This document shows positions 19,897 through 28,875 of a stretch of DNA of 64,000 nucleotides, piece after piece (position 1 is the first letter of the stretch; every line of letters begins with the position of its first letter). A program made the translations under genes and the position numbers. The notes under the pieces were generated by a model. That model had not been told where the DNA came from, ran no database searches, and was given only the letters and a program-made list of their open reading frames with translations. The stretch comes from Acidimicrobiales bacterium (GTDB lineage: Bacteria; Actinomycetota; Acidimicrobiia; Acidimicrobiales; Bog-793), in assembly GCA_049514105.1 (NCBI GenBank), contig JBEKVJ010000002.1, positions 5,727 through 69,726 on the forward strand. The letters run 5' to 3'.

Positions 19897-22671
19897 GTGG
19901 CCTCACAAGACCGCAATGAGGATCGCGCCTCGGCGCGTGCGGTGGTTGCCGCCCCTGAACCGGTCGAAACACCGGATTCGAACGTTGCCGAGCTTGAAAA
20001 TGCTACCTCAGCTAGCTATTCGCAAGTCGCGCTTGCTCCCCCGAAGCTGGGTGCCCGCATCGGCGTGCCGATCTTCGCCGCCCTTTTGGCCGCCGGCACG
20101 GGCGCGTTGCTCACATGGGGCCCGGTCGGGGCCGAGGCACCATATCGGAGCCTCACAGCTCAGCCTTTAGTCGCCCTGTTGCTGAGCATCGCCTTTGCCG
20201 CAGTCGTGCTCGGGCCGGTCACGATCCACTACCGAGGTCAGACGTGCCTGTTCGCCCTGAGCGAGGTGCCGCTCCTTCTCGGGCTGGTGATAGTGGCACC
20301 TGTCGTGCTTGTCGTCTGTCGCGTGGTCGGGGAGGCTTTCGCTTTCGCGGTGATCAGACGACAATCTCCGAGCAAGCTCGCCTTCAACCTTGCGTCCCAC
20401 GCGATGGCCTGTGTGGTCGCGATCGTCCTCTACAGGGCGTTCCTCGGGGAATACATCATTACCCACGGACCTCGCGTCGCGGTCCTACCCATAGGTTGGA
20501 CGGCGGGCACGGTTGCGCTCTGCGCTGCATTTTTGTTTGGGAACCTCGTGTTCACCATTGTCATACGCCTTAATGGGCAGGCCCAGCACCGCAAGTACGA
20601 GTTCGACTTCATTCCGGTGGCGCTGATGCTCATCTCGAGCATCGCCCTCGCCCTTGTAGTTCTCGACGCAGCTTGGTTGGACACCTGGGCGGTGCTTCCC
20701 CTCGTCATCGTCGGTGCCCTGATCGTCTTCGCCTATCGGGGCTATCTGCGCCTCACGAATCGCTTTGGAGCCCTTCAGCAGCTGTACGACTTCTCCAAGT
20801 CGGTGAGCGGCCCCTATCTCGAGACCGCCGGCACTGCGTGGGCGGTGCTTGAGCAGGTGCAACAGGTCATGCGCTCGAACCGGGCGGAGCTGATCATCAT
20901 CGACGAGTGGCCCTCGGTTCGCCACATTGCCTTGAACGGAGAGGTCCGCTCGTCGGTGCAACGCACCATCGTCGACAGCGCGTCGGTGATCGCAAAAGCC
21001 GTCACCAAACAGCAGGCGAGCCTGCGCGTGGGCACCAACAGCAATCACAAGCGCGAGGCGGATGTCGACTCTCTCCTCGGCGACTTCAGTGGAGCCATGA
21101 TCGTCCCGCTCGCCAGCGGAGAGAGGACTCTCGGTGCGCTCGTTGTCCTCGACCGCGATGCGGGCTTCGCCCCCTTCGATGAGGACGAACTGAGGCTCTT
21201 TGAGGCGTTGGCCGCGCATGCCAGCACGACCATGGAACGGGCACAACTCGTCGAGGAGCTCCGACTCGAGGCCGAGAGCAAGTGGCACCAGGCAACCCAC
21301 GATCTGTTGACAGGTCTACCCAACCGGACCCTGTTCCTCGATCGCGCCGCGGCCGCGCTCGCCGAAACCGGTAGAGCAGCTGTGGCGTTGTTGGACCTCG
21401 ACAGGTTCAAGGAGGTCAACGACACTCTCGGTCACGGCACCGGAGACAGGCTCTTGTGCGAGGTGGCAGAGACCCTCGTGCGCGCCGGCAGCGGCCGCGC
21501 AACTGTCGCCAGACTCGGGGGCGACGAGTTCGCGCTCGTGGTGCCGGACATCATCGGGCCCGAGGAGGCCTTGGGGATCGTGCGGGATCTTCTCGCAGCC
21601 ATCTCCAAGCCAATGAACATCGACGGGATCACCCTCGCAGTCACCGCTACAGCAGGCATCGCGCTCGCTCCTGAACACGGGGACAATGTCGCGACCCTCT
21701 TGCAAAGGGCGGACATTGCCATGTACCACGGCAAAGCGAAGCGCTCGGGCGTCGAGCTGTATCTCCCCGCACACGATCAGAGCATGCAGCGAAAGCTGCT
21801 CCTCGGAGGCCATCTGGCCGAGGCGCTTGCAAGCGGCCAACAGCTGAGCGTGATGTACCAGCCGATCGCCGGTCTCGTCTCTGGAGAGGTCGTACGCGTC
21901 GAGGCGCTTGCGCGCTGGTTCCACCCAGTGCACGGCCAAGTCCCAGCCGATGAGTTCATCCAGATCGCCGAGCAGATGGGCCTCATCGGCCAGATAACCG
22001 ACTTCGTGCTCCACGAGGCCTGCAGCCAGGCGGCTCGCTGGAGGCGCGACGGCCTCGAGATCGGGCTTGCGATCAACCTTTCCGGGCGCGACCTGTCGAA
22101 CCAGTCGCTCGTTCGCAACATCCTCACGCACCTCGGACAGAGCGGGCTCCCGGCGAGCGCGCTCTCTCTCGAGATAACCGAAACAGAGGTCATGGCCGAT
22201 ATAACCGAGGCGAGTGAAGTGCTCGGCCAGCTCGCCGAGCTAGGGGTGCGCATCGCCGTCGACGACTACGGCACCGGCTACTCCTCACTTGCCTACTTGC
22301 ACCGCCTGCCCGTCAAAGAGTTGAAGCTGGATCGGTCCTTCGTCGCCAATGTCGCTGCTGACCAGAGCAACTCGATCATCGTCCGCTCTTCGATCGCCAT
22401 GGCGCATTCGCTCGGCCTTACCGTTGTCGCCGAGGGCGCCGAGGACGAGGTCACCTGTGCGATCCTCGCCGACGCAGGTTGCGACGCTGTCCAGGGTTAC
22501 TACTTCTCACCGCCGCTCGGACACGAGGACCTGCTGCGTTGGCTCGCCACTCATCCACGGCTGAAGTTCTCTCGTGAGATTCCCTCGATTCGGCCCCTTC
22601 GAGTTATTTCCGGACGGCAAGAAGGCGGCACGCAAGCCGATCTAGAAGAGGGCTCCCAGCTCAGAGGCTGA
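19897..22671 (+). CDS. Membrane sensor-GAF-GGDEF-EAL bifunctional c-di-GMP enzyme
   Basis: Multiple TM helices with 'LSEVPLLLGL...KLAFN'; GAF ('AMIVPL...LGALVV...FDEDELRLF'); intact GGDEF, EAL, DDYGTGYSS; ORF open from 19879. Confidence 0.92.
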   Translation: MASQDRNEDRASARAVVAAPEPVETPDSNVAELENATSASYSQVALAPPKLGARIGVPIFAALLAAGTGALLTWGPVGAEAPYRSLTAQPLVALLLSIAFAAVVLGPVTIHYRGQTCLFALSEVPLLLGLVIVAPVVLVVCRVVGEAFAFAVIRRQSPSKLAFNLASHAMACVVAIVLYRAFLGEYIITHGPRVAVLPIGWTAGTVALCAAFLFGNLVFTIVIRLNGQAQHRKYEFDFIPVALMLISSIALALVVLDAAWLDTWAVLPLVIVGALIVFAYRGYLRLTNRFGALQQLYDFSKSVSGPYLETAGTAWAVLEQVQQVMRSNRAELIIIDEWPSVRHIALNGEVRSSVQRTIVDSASVIAKAVTKQQASLRVGTNSNHKREADVDSLLGDFSGAMIVPLASGERTLGALVVLDRDAGFAPFDEDELRLFEALAAHASTTMERAQLVEELRLEAESKWHQATHDLLTGLPNRTLFLDRAAAALAETGRAAVALLDLDRFKEVNDTLGHGTGDRLLCEVAETLVRAGSGRATVARLGGDEFALVVPDIIGPEEALGIVRDLLAAISKPMNIDGITLAVTATAGIALAPEHGDNVATLLQRADIAMYHGKAKRSGVELYLPAHDQSMQRKLLLGGHLAEALASGQQLSVMYQPIAGLVSGEVVRVEALARWFHPVHGQVPADEFIQIAEQMGLIGQITDFVLHEACSQAARWRRDGLEIGLAINLSGRDLSNQSLVRNILTHLGQSGLPASALSLEITETEVMADITEASEVLGQLAELGVRIAVDDYGTGYSSLAYLHRLPVKELKLDRSFVANVAADQSNSIIVRSSIAMAHSLGLTVVAEGAEDEVTCAILADAGCDAVQGYYFSPPLGHEDLLRWLATHPRLKFSREIPSIRPLRVISGRQEGGTQADLEEGSQLRG

Positions 22672-22825
22672 TTTTCCCCACCGATCGAACAGATCGATCA
22701 GATCGATTGCCGCCGGAGCGCGCGTTTCACGGCCACAAAGGTCGCACACATTCCCATGTCGGTGTTGACATCGTGTCTAGTGTGAACGTTGTGCAGTTCC
22801 CTACCGACCTGAGATGATTTAAGCG

Positions 22826-22889
22826 CGGGGGATTCGAGGGCACCGGTCGCTCGGTGTTACGCCCTCGTTCCCCCGACCGTGGTCCCCGC
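22826..22889 (+). other. Predicted structured RNA leader upstream of micropeptide ORF
   Basis: Nested complementarity: GGGGA/TCCCC, CGAGGGC/GCCCTCG, CACCG/CGGTG; alternative GCGGGG/CCCCGC pairing. Confidence 0.5.
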
Positions 22890-22910
22890 TCTCGAAGGGA
22901 GGTGGTCGAT

Positions 22911-22937
22911 ATGGTTCGTGACTTTTCTTGGGGATAA
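22911..22937 (+). CDS. Putative micropeptide MVRDFSWG
   Basis: AAGGGAGGT SD then 7 nt then ATG GTT CGT GAC TTT TCT TGG GGA TAA, inside an otherwise empty 500 bp intergenic region. Confidence 0.6.
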   Translation: MVRDFSWG

Positions 22938-23171
22938 GTCACGCGGTTTCTGACCGCTTGAACTAACAGTGGAAGCCGCTAGCAATCCGACGTGGTCTTC
23001 CAATCTGTTATCGGAACGGCAGGCGGAATCCTTTAGCAATATGAGGCTTTTCGCCTGCCGTTTTCCGCGCCAGGATTGTGTTGAGCCACCAAGCTCGTTC
23101 GTCTGAGCCCGGAACCGGCTGTCGCCACGAGGAAACGTGACACGAAGACCAAACGGGAGCCATGATTCACC

Positions 23172-24632
23172 GTGACCTCCGACCAGGGGCGCGTGAGGAC
23201 CAAAAATGGATTTCCCCGCGCGCCCAGAGTTGCGCGCTCGCTGGGACGACAATTCGGCTATCTCTGGGCGACTTTTCTCGTAACAGGCTTCGGCGACGGC
23301 TTCGGCTACGGAGCGGTCCCGCTCCTTGCCCTCTTCGTCGACCCGCGTCCGCTACCGGTGTCCGGAGTCGCAGCGGCCGATTCATTCCCATGGCTCGTGC
23401 TCGCGCTTCCTGCCGGCGCGCTCGCCGACCGCTACGAGCGAGGTCGTCTCATGGCGGTCACCAACATGAGCCGCGCACTTGTCCTTGTGACACTTGGAGT
23501 TCTGGTCGCGACGCGCCACATCGACTACATGCTGCTCGTGATCCTCGTGTTCACCAACGGTGGGGCGCGGGCGATCTATTACTCGGCTTCGCAAGCGACC
23601 GTGCCCGAACTTGTCGAGGCCGATGACTTCTCGCGTGCGAACGGGATCCTGACCAGCACCGAGGCCGCCACCCAGCACCTTGGCGGCCCCATAGTTGGAA
23701 CCTTGGCGTTCGCCGCATCTAAGGCAGTCCCTTTTGTTGCCGATGCGGCGGCAGTCGGGCTTGCAGGCTTGTCCCTGCTCGGCTTTCGTACCGAGAAGCT
23801 GATCTCTGGACCCGCTCACGGCTCGATCCTGGACGGTGCGCGCCAACTCGTAAAGGACCGTTCCCTGAGACTCCTCGTGACCCTGCTCGCGTCACTGGCC
23901 GCCCTACAGGGGCTCGTGGCGGGCGTGCTGGTAATTGTCGCCACGGTCGACTGGGGAGTGTCCAAGAACCTCTATGGGGTGTTCTTGGCAGTTGGCGCCG
24001 CAGGAAATGTCCTCGGAGCCCTGCTTGCAGATCGAATCGCCAATCGGATCGGCAACATCGCGACCGTCATCGTGAGCGCCATCATCTCGGGCTTGGCCTA
24101 TCTCGTCATGGCAACTGCCAGGGGATGGTTAGTCGCCGGGGCGGCCTTCTTTGTCGTCGGCTTTGCCGTCTGTGCGGGCAGTGTCGTCGCAGTTTCGCTT
24201 CGCCAGCGCCTCTCGCCCCGCAAACTGATGGGCCGCGTAGGCTCAGCATGGCGAGGCATCGTATGGGGCGCGATTCCGATCGGCTCGCTCATCGGCGGCG
24301 CTCTCGCCGATAAATGGGGGGTTCGGGTACCGCTGTACGCGGCGGGGGCAGCCCAGTGCATCGTCGCCGTGCTCCTCGCCGGCCGGCTCTCATCCAGCCT
24401 CGCCGCCTCTGAGAGAGCCGCGACGGCGGGAGAAGCTTCCGAGAGCTTGGCAACCTCGCCCGACAAGGACCATCCCTTGTCGGGGACAACGGCCACCGCG
24501 AGCAACGGCCAGGTGCCCCCGCCCGCCCTCACCCTCGAAAGGCAACCGGCCCCGACCGGGCGGCGCCTTCACGCCAAGGCCGGCCGAGGGCCCCTCTACT
24601 GGGGCCGCTCGTCGAGGAACTCCCGCCGGTAG
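23172..24632 (+). CDS. MFS transporter (efflux-type)
   Basis: About 12 TM segments; motif A 'AGALADRYERGRLM'; 'RQRLSPRKLMGRV'. Confidence 0.88.
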   Translation: MTSDQGRVRTKNGFPRAPRVARSLGRQFGYLWATFLVTGFGDGFGYGAVPLLALFVDPRPLPVSGVAAADSFPWLVLALPAGALADRYERGRLMAVTNMSRALVLVTLGVLVATRHIDYMLLVILVFTNGGARAIYYSASQATVPELVEADDFSRANGILTSTEAATQHLGGPIVGTLAFAASKAVPFVADAAAVGLAGLSLLGFRTEKLISGPAHGSILDGARQLVKDRSLRLLVTLLASLAALQGLVAGVLVIVATVDWGVSKNLYGVFLAVGAAGNVLGALLADRIANRIGNIATVIVSAIISGLAYLVMATARGWLVAGAAFFVVGFAVCAGSVVAVSLRQRLSPRKLMGRVGSAWRGIVWGAIPIGSLIGGALADKWGVRVPLYAAGAAQCIVAVLLAGRLSSSLAASERAATAGEASESLATSPDKDHPLSGTTATASNGQVPPPALTLERQPAPTGRRLHAKAGRGPLYWGRSSRNSRR

Positions 24633-25075
24633 TGCCAGCGGCGATTCCTGCGGTCACGCATCCACAAGAACAGGGCTACGAGCGCGATCAGCGGCCAAGG
24701 AAAACCCCTCCAGCCGAACCACAAGAACCTCCCCGAGGCGGCCACGAAGAACGAGAGCGCCCAGAACGCGAGCACCGCGAACACGACGACGCCGAGCAGA
24801 CCTGGACGCCGTCGGGGCGGCCTTGGCAAGGGCGCGGAGGGTTGCGGCGGCTTCAGGCTCGGCAGGTCGCTAACGAGCCCGGACAGGTCGGCGCGGGTCT
24901 TGGCGCTCATGGCCCGATCCAGGCGCTCCTGGAATTCGGCCGCGTCGAGGCGCCCGTCGCTGTAGTGCTTTGAGAGAAGCTCGCTGATCTCGTTGCGCTC
25001 GGCATCGCCGATGCGGACGCTGGAGTCAGAAGAGCGGGGGGAAGATCCCCAAGGGACATCCCATCGTGATTGCAT
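24596..25075 (-). CDS. DUF1707 (SHOCT-like) membrane protein
   Basis: 'RIGDAERNE...HYSDGRLDAAEFQERLDRAMSAKTRADL...DLP' plus two TM helices. Confidence 0.88.
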   Translation of the reverse strand: MQSRWDVPWGSSPRSSDSSVRIGDAERNEISELLSKHYSDGRLDAAEFQERLDRAMSAKTRADLSGLVSDLPSLKPPQPSAPLPRPPRRRPGLLGVVVFAVLAFWALSFFVAASGRFLWFGWRGFPWPLIALVALFLWMRDRRNRRWHYRREFLDERPQ

Positions 25076-25122
25076 TTGCTTCCTTCCTAGAAGACGATTT
25101 CGGGCCCGAAGCTCGGGCGGCC

Positions 25123-25389
25123 TCAGTTGCGCCAGGAGTGGCTCAAGATCTCGCCCGCGATGGCAAGATCCGAACCCTCCTCGGGGATCAAGAGCCAGGC
25201 GGCGATGTACAGAGGAATGCCGGCACCGCCGAGCAAGCTGAGGGCCACGAGCCCGATGCGGACAAAGGTCACGTCCACCTCGAAGTACTCCGACAGGCCG
25301 ACCGCGACGCCGGCAAGCATCGATCCTTCGCGCGTGCGCCGCAGCGGCCTTGGTTCGGCGGGGTTGTTCTGATTCGTCGTTTCATCCAT
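25123..25389 (-). CDS. pspC: PspC domain protein
   Basis: 'LRRTREGSMLAGVAVGLSEYFEVDVTFVRI...LYIAAWLLIPEE'. Confidence 0.9.
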   Translation of the reverse strand: MDETTNQNNPAEPRPLRRTREGSMLAGVAVGLSEYFEVDVTFVRIGLVALSLLGGAGIPLYIAAWLLIPEEGSDLAIAGEILSHSWRN

Positions 25390-25423
25390 ACGACGATCGT
25401 GCGCTCATGACCAGCGCTTGGGA

Positions 25424-25484
25424 ATCGGGGATGTCCCGGATCGAGCCCTGAGATTGGCTCCGCCCGATCAGGGTCTCCCCCGAT
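25424..25484. promoter_or_regulatory. Two 18-bp imperfect palindromes, probable LuxR/NarL-type response regulator sites
   Basis: ATCGGGG-ATGT-CCCGGAT (25424-25441) and ATCAGGG-TCTC-CCCCGAT (25467-25484) between divergent pspC and kinase genes. Confidence 0.65.
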
Positions 25485-26826
25485 GGTTGCGGTGTCGCAA
25501 AGGCGCGATCATCGTTACATCGCCGATCAGTTCACCTCCTGGAACCGCTTCGATCACACCGGGCATGTCCGCGCCTCTGCTCGGCGCTACGGCCGGCGCG
25601 GTCGCGGTCGGCTGCAGCGAAGCCGGGAGGACAGGATGATCGGCGGCATCGCCGGAGGCATCGCCGCCCGGCGCGGCAGGGACCCGACGATCGTCCGCAT
25701 CGTCTTGGTGCTACTCGGCCTTCTAAGCGGGTTCGGGGTGGTGCTCTACATCTTCGCCTGGCTGGTACTGCCGGTCGAGGGGTCCGCCGAGACGATCGGA
25801 ACACGCGCCCTGTCGGATCGCCAGGGCATCACCATCGCCATTGCCCTCGTGCCGGCGCTGGTGCTCGTGCTGCTCCTAGGCTCGCAGTTGCACGCGAGCT
25901 TCGTCTCGTCCTGGGGCCTCCCCCTTCTCGTCAGCGCGGCCGGACTGCTTCTTGTCTACCGCAACGCCGAGGCCGAGGAACGGGCCTCGCTCGAGGACTC
26001 CTTCAAGGCTCTCTTGCAACTGGGTTCCGACCGGCGCCATTCGCCGCGCTACTTCCTCGCCCGTCTCGGCGGCGGACTCATCTTGTTCGTGCTCGGCGTG
26101 GTGGTCATCTCCCAGGGGGGCAGGCACACCTTCCTCCGTCCGATCGCAGGCACCGTCCTTATGATCGCGGGGACCGTGATCCTGCTCGGACCGTGGTGGC
26201 TGCGGTTGGCCCTCGGTCTGTTGCACGAACGCCAGGCACGCATCCGCGCCGAGGAGCGCGCGGACATGGCCGCCCGAGTACACGATTCGGTACTGCAGAC
26301 ATTGGCCATGATCCAGCGCTCGGCGGCAGAGCCCCAAGAGGTGGCGAGGCTTGCCAGGGCTCAAGAGCGAGAGCTGCGCTCGTGGCTGTTCGAGGGCAGG
26401 GAGCCGGGCTCCTTCGGCGCCGAGGGTGCCTCCACGCTCGCAGCCGGGGTAGAGCAGATCGAACGGGAGGTGGAAGAAGCCCACGGCGTCGCCGTCGATG
26501 CCGTCATGGTCGGTGACGCCCCTCTCGACGACGAGTTGCGGGCCCTGCTCGCCGCGGGCAGGGAGGCAACGGTGAACGCGGCAAAATGGTCTGGAGCAAG
26601 CTCGGTGTCCATCTACGTCGAAGCCGAGGCGAAACGGGTGTCCATGTTCGTGCGCGACCGCGGGGCGGGGTTCGACCCCGAGTCGATAGCAGACGACCGC
26701 CAAGGTATTGCGGAGTCGATACGGGGCAGGATGCAGCGCCACGGCGGGACAGCCGTCATCCGTTCCGTGCCGGGCGAAGGCACAGAGGTCGAACTCAGCG
26801 TCCCCCGCCACCCGGGGCGAGCATGA
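25483..26826 (+). CDS. PspC-domain sensor histidine kinase
   Basis: N-terminal PspC domain; TM helices; H-box 'EERADMAARVHDSVLQTL'; 'EATVNAAKWS', 'RDRGAGF'; start uncertain. Confidence 0.9.
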   Translation: MVAVSQRRDHRYIADQFTSWNRFDHTGHVRASARRYGRRGRGRLQRSREDRMIGGIAGGIAARRGRDPTIVRIVLVLLGLLSGFGVVLYIFAWLVLPVEGSAETIGTRALSDRQGITIAIALVPALVLVLLLGSQLHASFVSSWGLPLLVSAAGLLLVYRNAEAEERASLEDSFKALLQLGSDRRHSPRYFLARLGGGLILFVLGVVVISQGGRHTFLRPIAGTVLMIAGTVILLGPWWLRLALGLLHERQARIRAEERADMAARVHDSVLQTLAMIQRSAAEPQEVARLARAQERELRSWLFEGREPGSFGAEGASTLAAGVEQIEREVEEAHGVAVDAVMVGDAPLDDELRALLAAGREATVNAAKWSGASSVSIYVEAEAKRVSMFVRDRGAGFDPESIADDRQGIAESIRGRMQRHGGTAVIRSVPGEGTEVELSVPRHPGRA

Positions 26827-27485
26827 AGGCGACGGTCCGCCCAAGGGTCTTCCTAGTCGACGACCATCACCTTTTTCGGACCGGGGTCAAAAGCGCCCTC
26901 GGAGATGCCGTCGAGGTCGTGGGCGAGGCGGACGAAGTCCCTGCCGCCATCGAGCTGATCGGAGAGCGGCTCCCCGACGTGGTGCTGCTCGATGTCCACA
27001 TGCCCGGCGGCGGCGGGCGGGCGGTGATCGACGCCATCAAACCAGCGCACCCCGAGGTCCGGTTCCTCGCCTTGTCGGTCTCCGACGCCCCCGAGGACGT
27101 CATCGCCGTCATCAGGGCTGGGGCCAGGGGCTATGTGACAAAGACGATCTCAGGCCCAGAGCTGGTCGATGCCGTCGAGCGTGTTGCCGGCGGAGATGCC
27201 GTCTTCTCGCCACGTTTGGCTGGCTTCGTCCTCGACGCCTTCGCCTCCATGCCGCCGGGCTCGGAGCTGCCCGGCCCATTCGATCCCGAGCTCGACAACC
27301 TGTCGCCGCGCGAGCGGGAGGTGCTGCGCCTCATCGCTCGTGGTTACACCTACAAAGAGATCGCCCGGGAGCTCACGATCTCGGTAAAGACAGTCGAGAC
27401 CCACGTCTCGGCGGTGCTGCGCAAGCTCCAGCTGTCGACGCGTCACGAGCTGACGAGATGGGCGACCGAGCGGCGCCTGATCTAG
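26823..27485 (+). CDS. NarL/LuxR family response regulator
   Basis: ATGA overlap; 'LVDDH', 'LLDVHMP', 'LSPREREVL...SVKTVETH'. Confidence 0.95.
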   Translation: MKATVRPRVFLVDDHHLFRTGVKSALGDAVEVVGEADEVPAAIELIGERLPDVVLLDVHMPGGGGRAVIDAIKPAHPEVRFLALSVSDAPEDVIAVIRAGARGYVTKTISGPELVDAVERVAGGDAVFSPRLAGFVLDAFASMPPGSELPGPFDPELDNLSPREREVLRLIARGYTYKEIARELTISVKTVETHVSAVLRKLQLSTRHELTRWATERRLI

Positions 27486-27495
27486 GGTCCGCATA

Positions 27496-28875
27496 ATGAG
27501 TAACTTCCGCACAATCATCGAGCCCTTCCGGATCCACGCCGTCGAGCCCTTGCGGATGACGACGCCGGACGAGCGAGCGGCCGCGATCGAAGCCGCGGGT
27601 TACAACGTCTTCAACCTTCTCGCCCGCGACGTCCTCATCGACCTTCTCACCGACTCCGGCACGGGGGCCATGAGCCGTGACCAGTGGGCCGCGATCCAGC
27701 ACGGCGACGAGTCCTACGCCGGCTCGCCGTCGTGGATCATCTTCCGCGACGCTGTGAGCGAGCTCTTCCCGTTCCGCCACATCATCCCGACCCATCAGGG
27801 TCGAGCGGCAGAGAAGATCCTCTTCGCGGTCATCGGTGGCCCCGGCCAGGTGGTGCCCAGCAACACCCATTTCGACACCACCCGGGCCAACATCGAATTC
27901 ACACACGCCGAGGCCGTCGACCTCGTCATCGCCGAAGGTCGGGACCCGGCCAGCTTGCACCCGTTCAAGGGCAACGTCGACACCGAGGCACTCGAAGCCC
28001 TGATCCAAGAGCGCGGAAGCGAGCACGTGCCGGTCGTGATGGTCACGATCACGAACAACTCGGCTGGCGGCCAGCCTGTGAGCCTCGCCAACCTGCACGA
28101 GGTGCGCAAGGTCTGCGACCGCTACGGCCTGCCCCTGTTCCTCGACGCCTGCCGTTTTGCCGAGAACGCATGGTTCATCCGCGAGCGCGAGGAGGGCCAC
28201 TCGGAGCGCGAAGTCGCCGACATCGTGCGCGAGATGGCCTCGCTCGCGGACGGGATGACAATGAGCGCGAAGAAGGACCCGCTCGCCAACATCGGCGGAT
28301 GGCTGGCTTGCAACGACGACGCGCTGGCCGAGAAGTGCCGGAACATGTTGATCCTGACGGAGGGATTCCCCACCTACGGCGGGCTTGCAGGGCGCGATCT
28401 GGAGGCAATCGCCCAGGGGATCCGAGAGGCTGTCTCGCACGACTACCTCCGTTACCGGATCCAGTCGACGGCGTACCTGGGCGAGGCGCTACATAGAAGC
28501 GGCGTCCCTGTCTTCCTGCCGATCGGCGGACACGCCGTGTACCTCGACGCAAGGGGATTGCTCCCCCATATCCCCCCGCTCGAGTATCCCGGTCAGGCTC
28601 TGGCGGTGGCGCTCTACAAAGCCGGAGGCATCCGCGGCTGCGAGATCGGCACGGTGATGTTCGGATTGCAGCCAGACGGGACCGAGATAGAAGCCACGAT
28701 GGACCTGGTCCGCCTTGCGATCCCAAGGCGCACCTACACCCAGAGCCACATCGACTACGTGATTGAGGTCTGCCAACAAGTCGCGCAGGAGGCAAAGGAG
28801 CTTCGCGGGTACAAGATCGTCGAGCAGGCGCCCCAGCTCCGCCACTTCACGGCACGTTTCGAACCTCTGCACTGA
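27496..28875 (+). CDS. tnaA: Tryptophanase (beta-eliminating lyase)
   Basis: 'IDLLTDSGT', 'GDESYAG', 'HQGRAAE', 'MSAKKD', 'RLAIPRR', 'LRHFTARF' (His here is TnaA-type; tyrosine phenol-lyase has Phe). Confidence 0.88.
   Translation: MSNFRTIIEPFRIHAVEPLRMTTPDERAAAIEAAGYNVFNLLARDVLIDLLTDSGTGAMSRDQWAAIQHGDESYAGSPSWIIFRDAVSELFPFRHIIPTHQGRAAEKILFAVIGGPGQVVPSNTHFDTTRANIEFTHAEAVDLVIAEGRDPASLHPFKGNVDTEALEALIQERGSEHVPVVMVTITNNSAGGQPVSLANLHEVRKVCDRYGLPLFLDACRFAENAWFIREREEGHSEREVADIVREMASLADGMTMSAKKDPLANIGGWLACNDDALAEKCRNMLILTEGFPTYGGLAGRDLEAIAQGIREAVSHDYLRYRIQSTAYLGEALHRSGVPVFLPIGGHAVYLDARGLLPHIPPLEYPGQALAVALYKAGGIRGCEIGTVMFGLQPDGTEIEATMDLVRLAIPRRTYTQSHIDYVIEVCQQVAQEAKELRGYKIVEQAPQLRHFTARFEPLH

Noticed and set aside
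23041-23106. Second small ORF (MRLFACRFPR...) upstream of the MFS gene
   Set aside because: No SD or clear -10 element, and nothing distinctive in the peptide.
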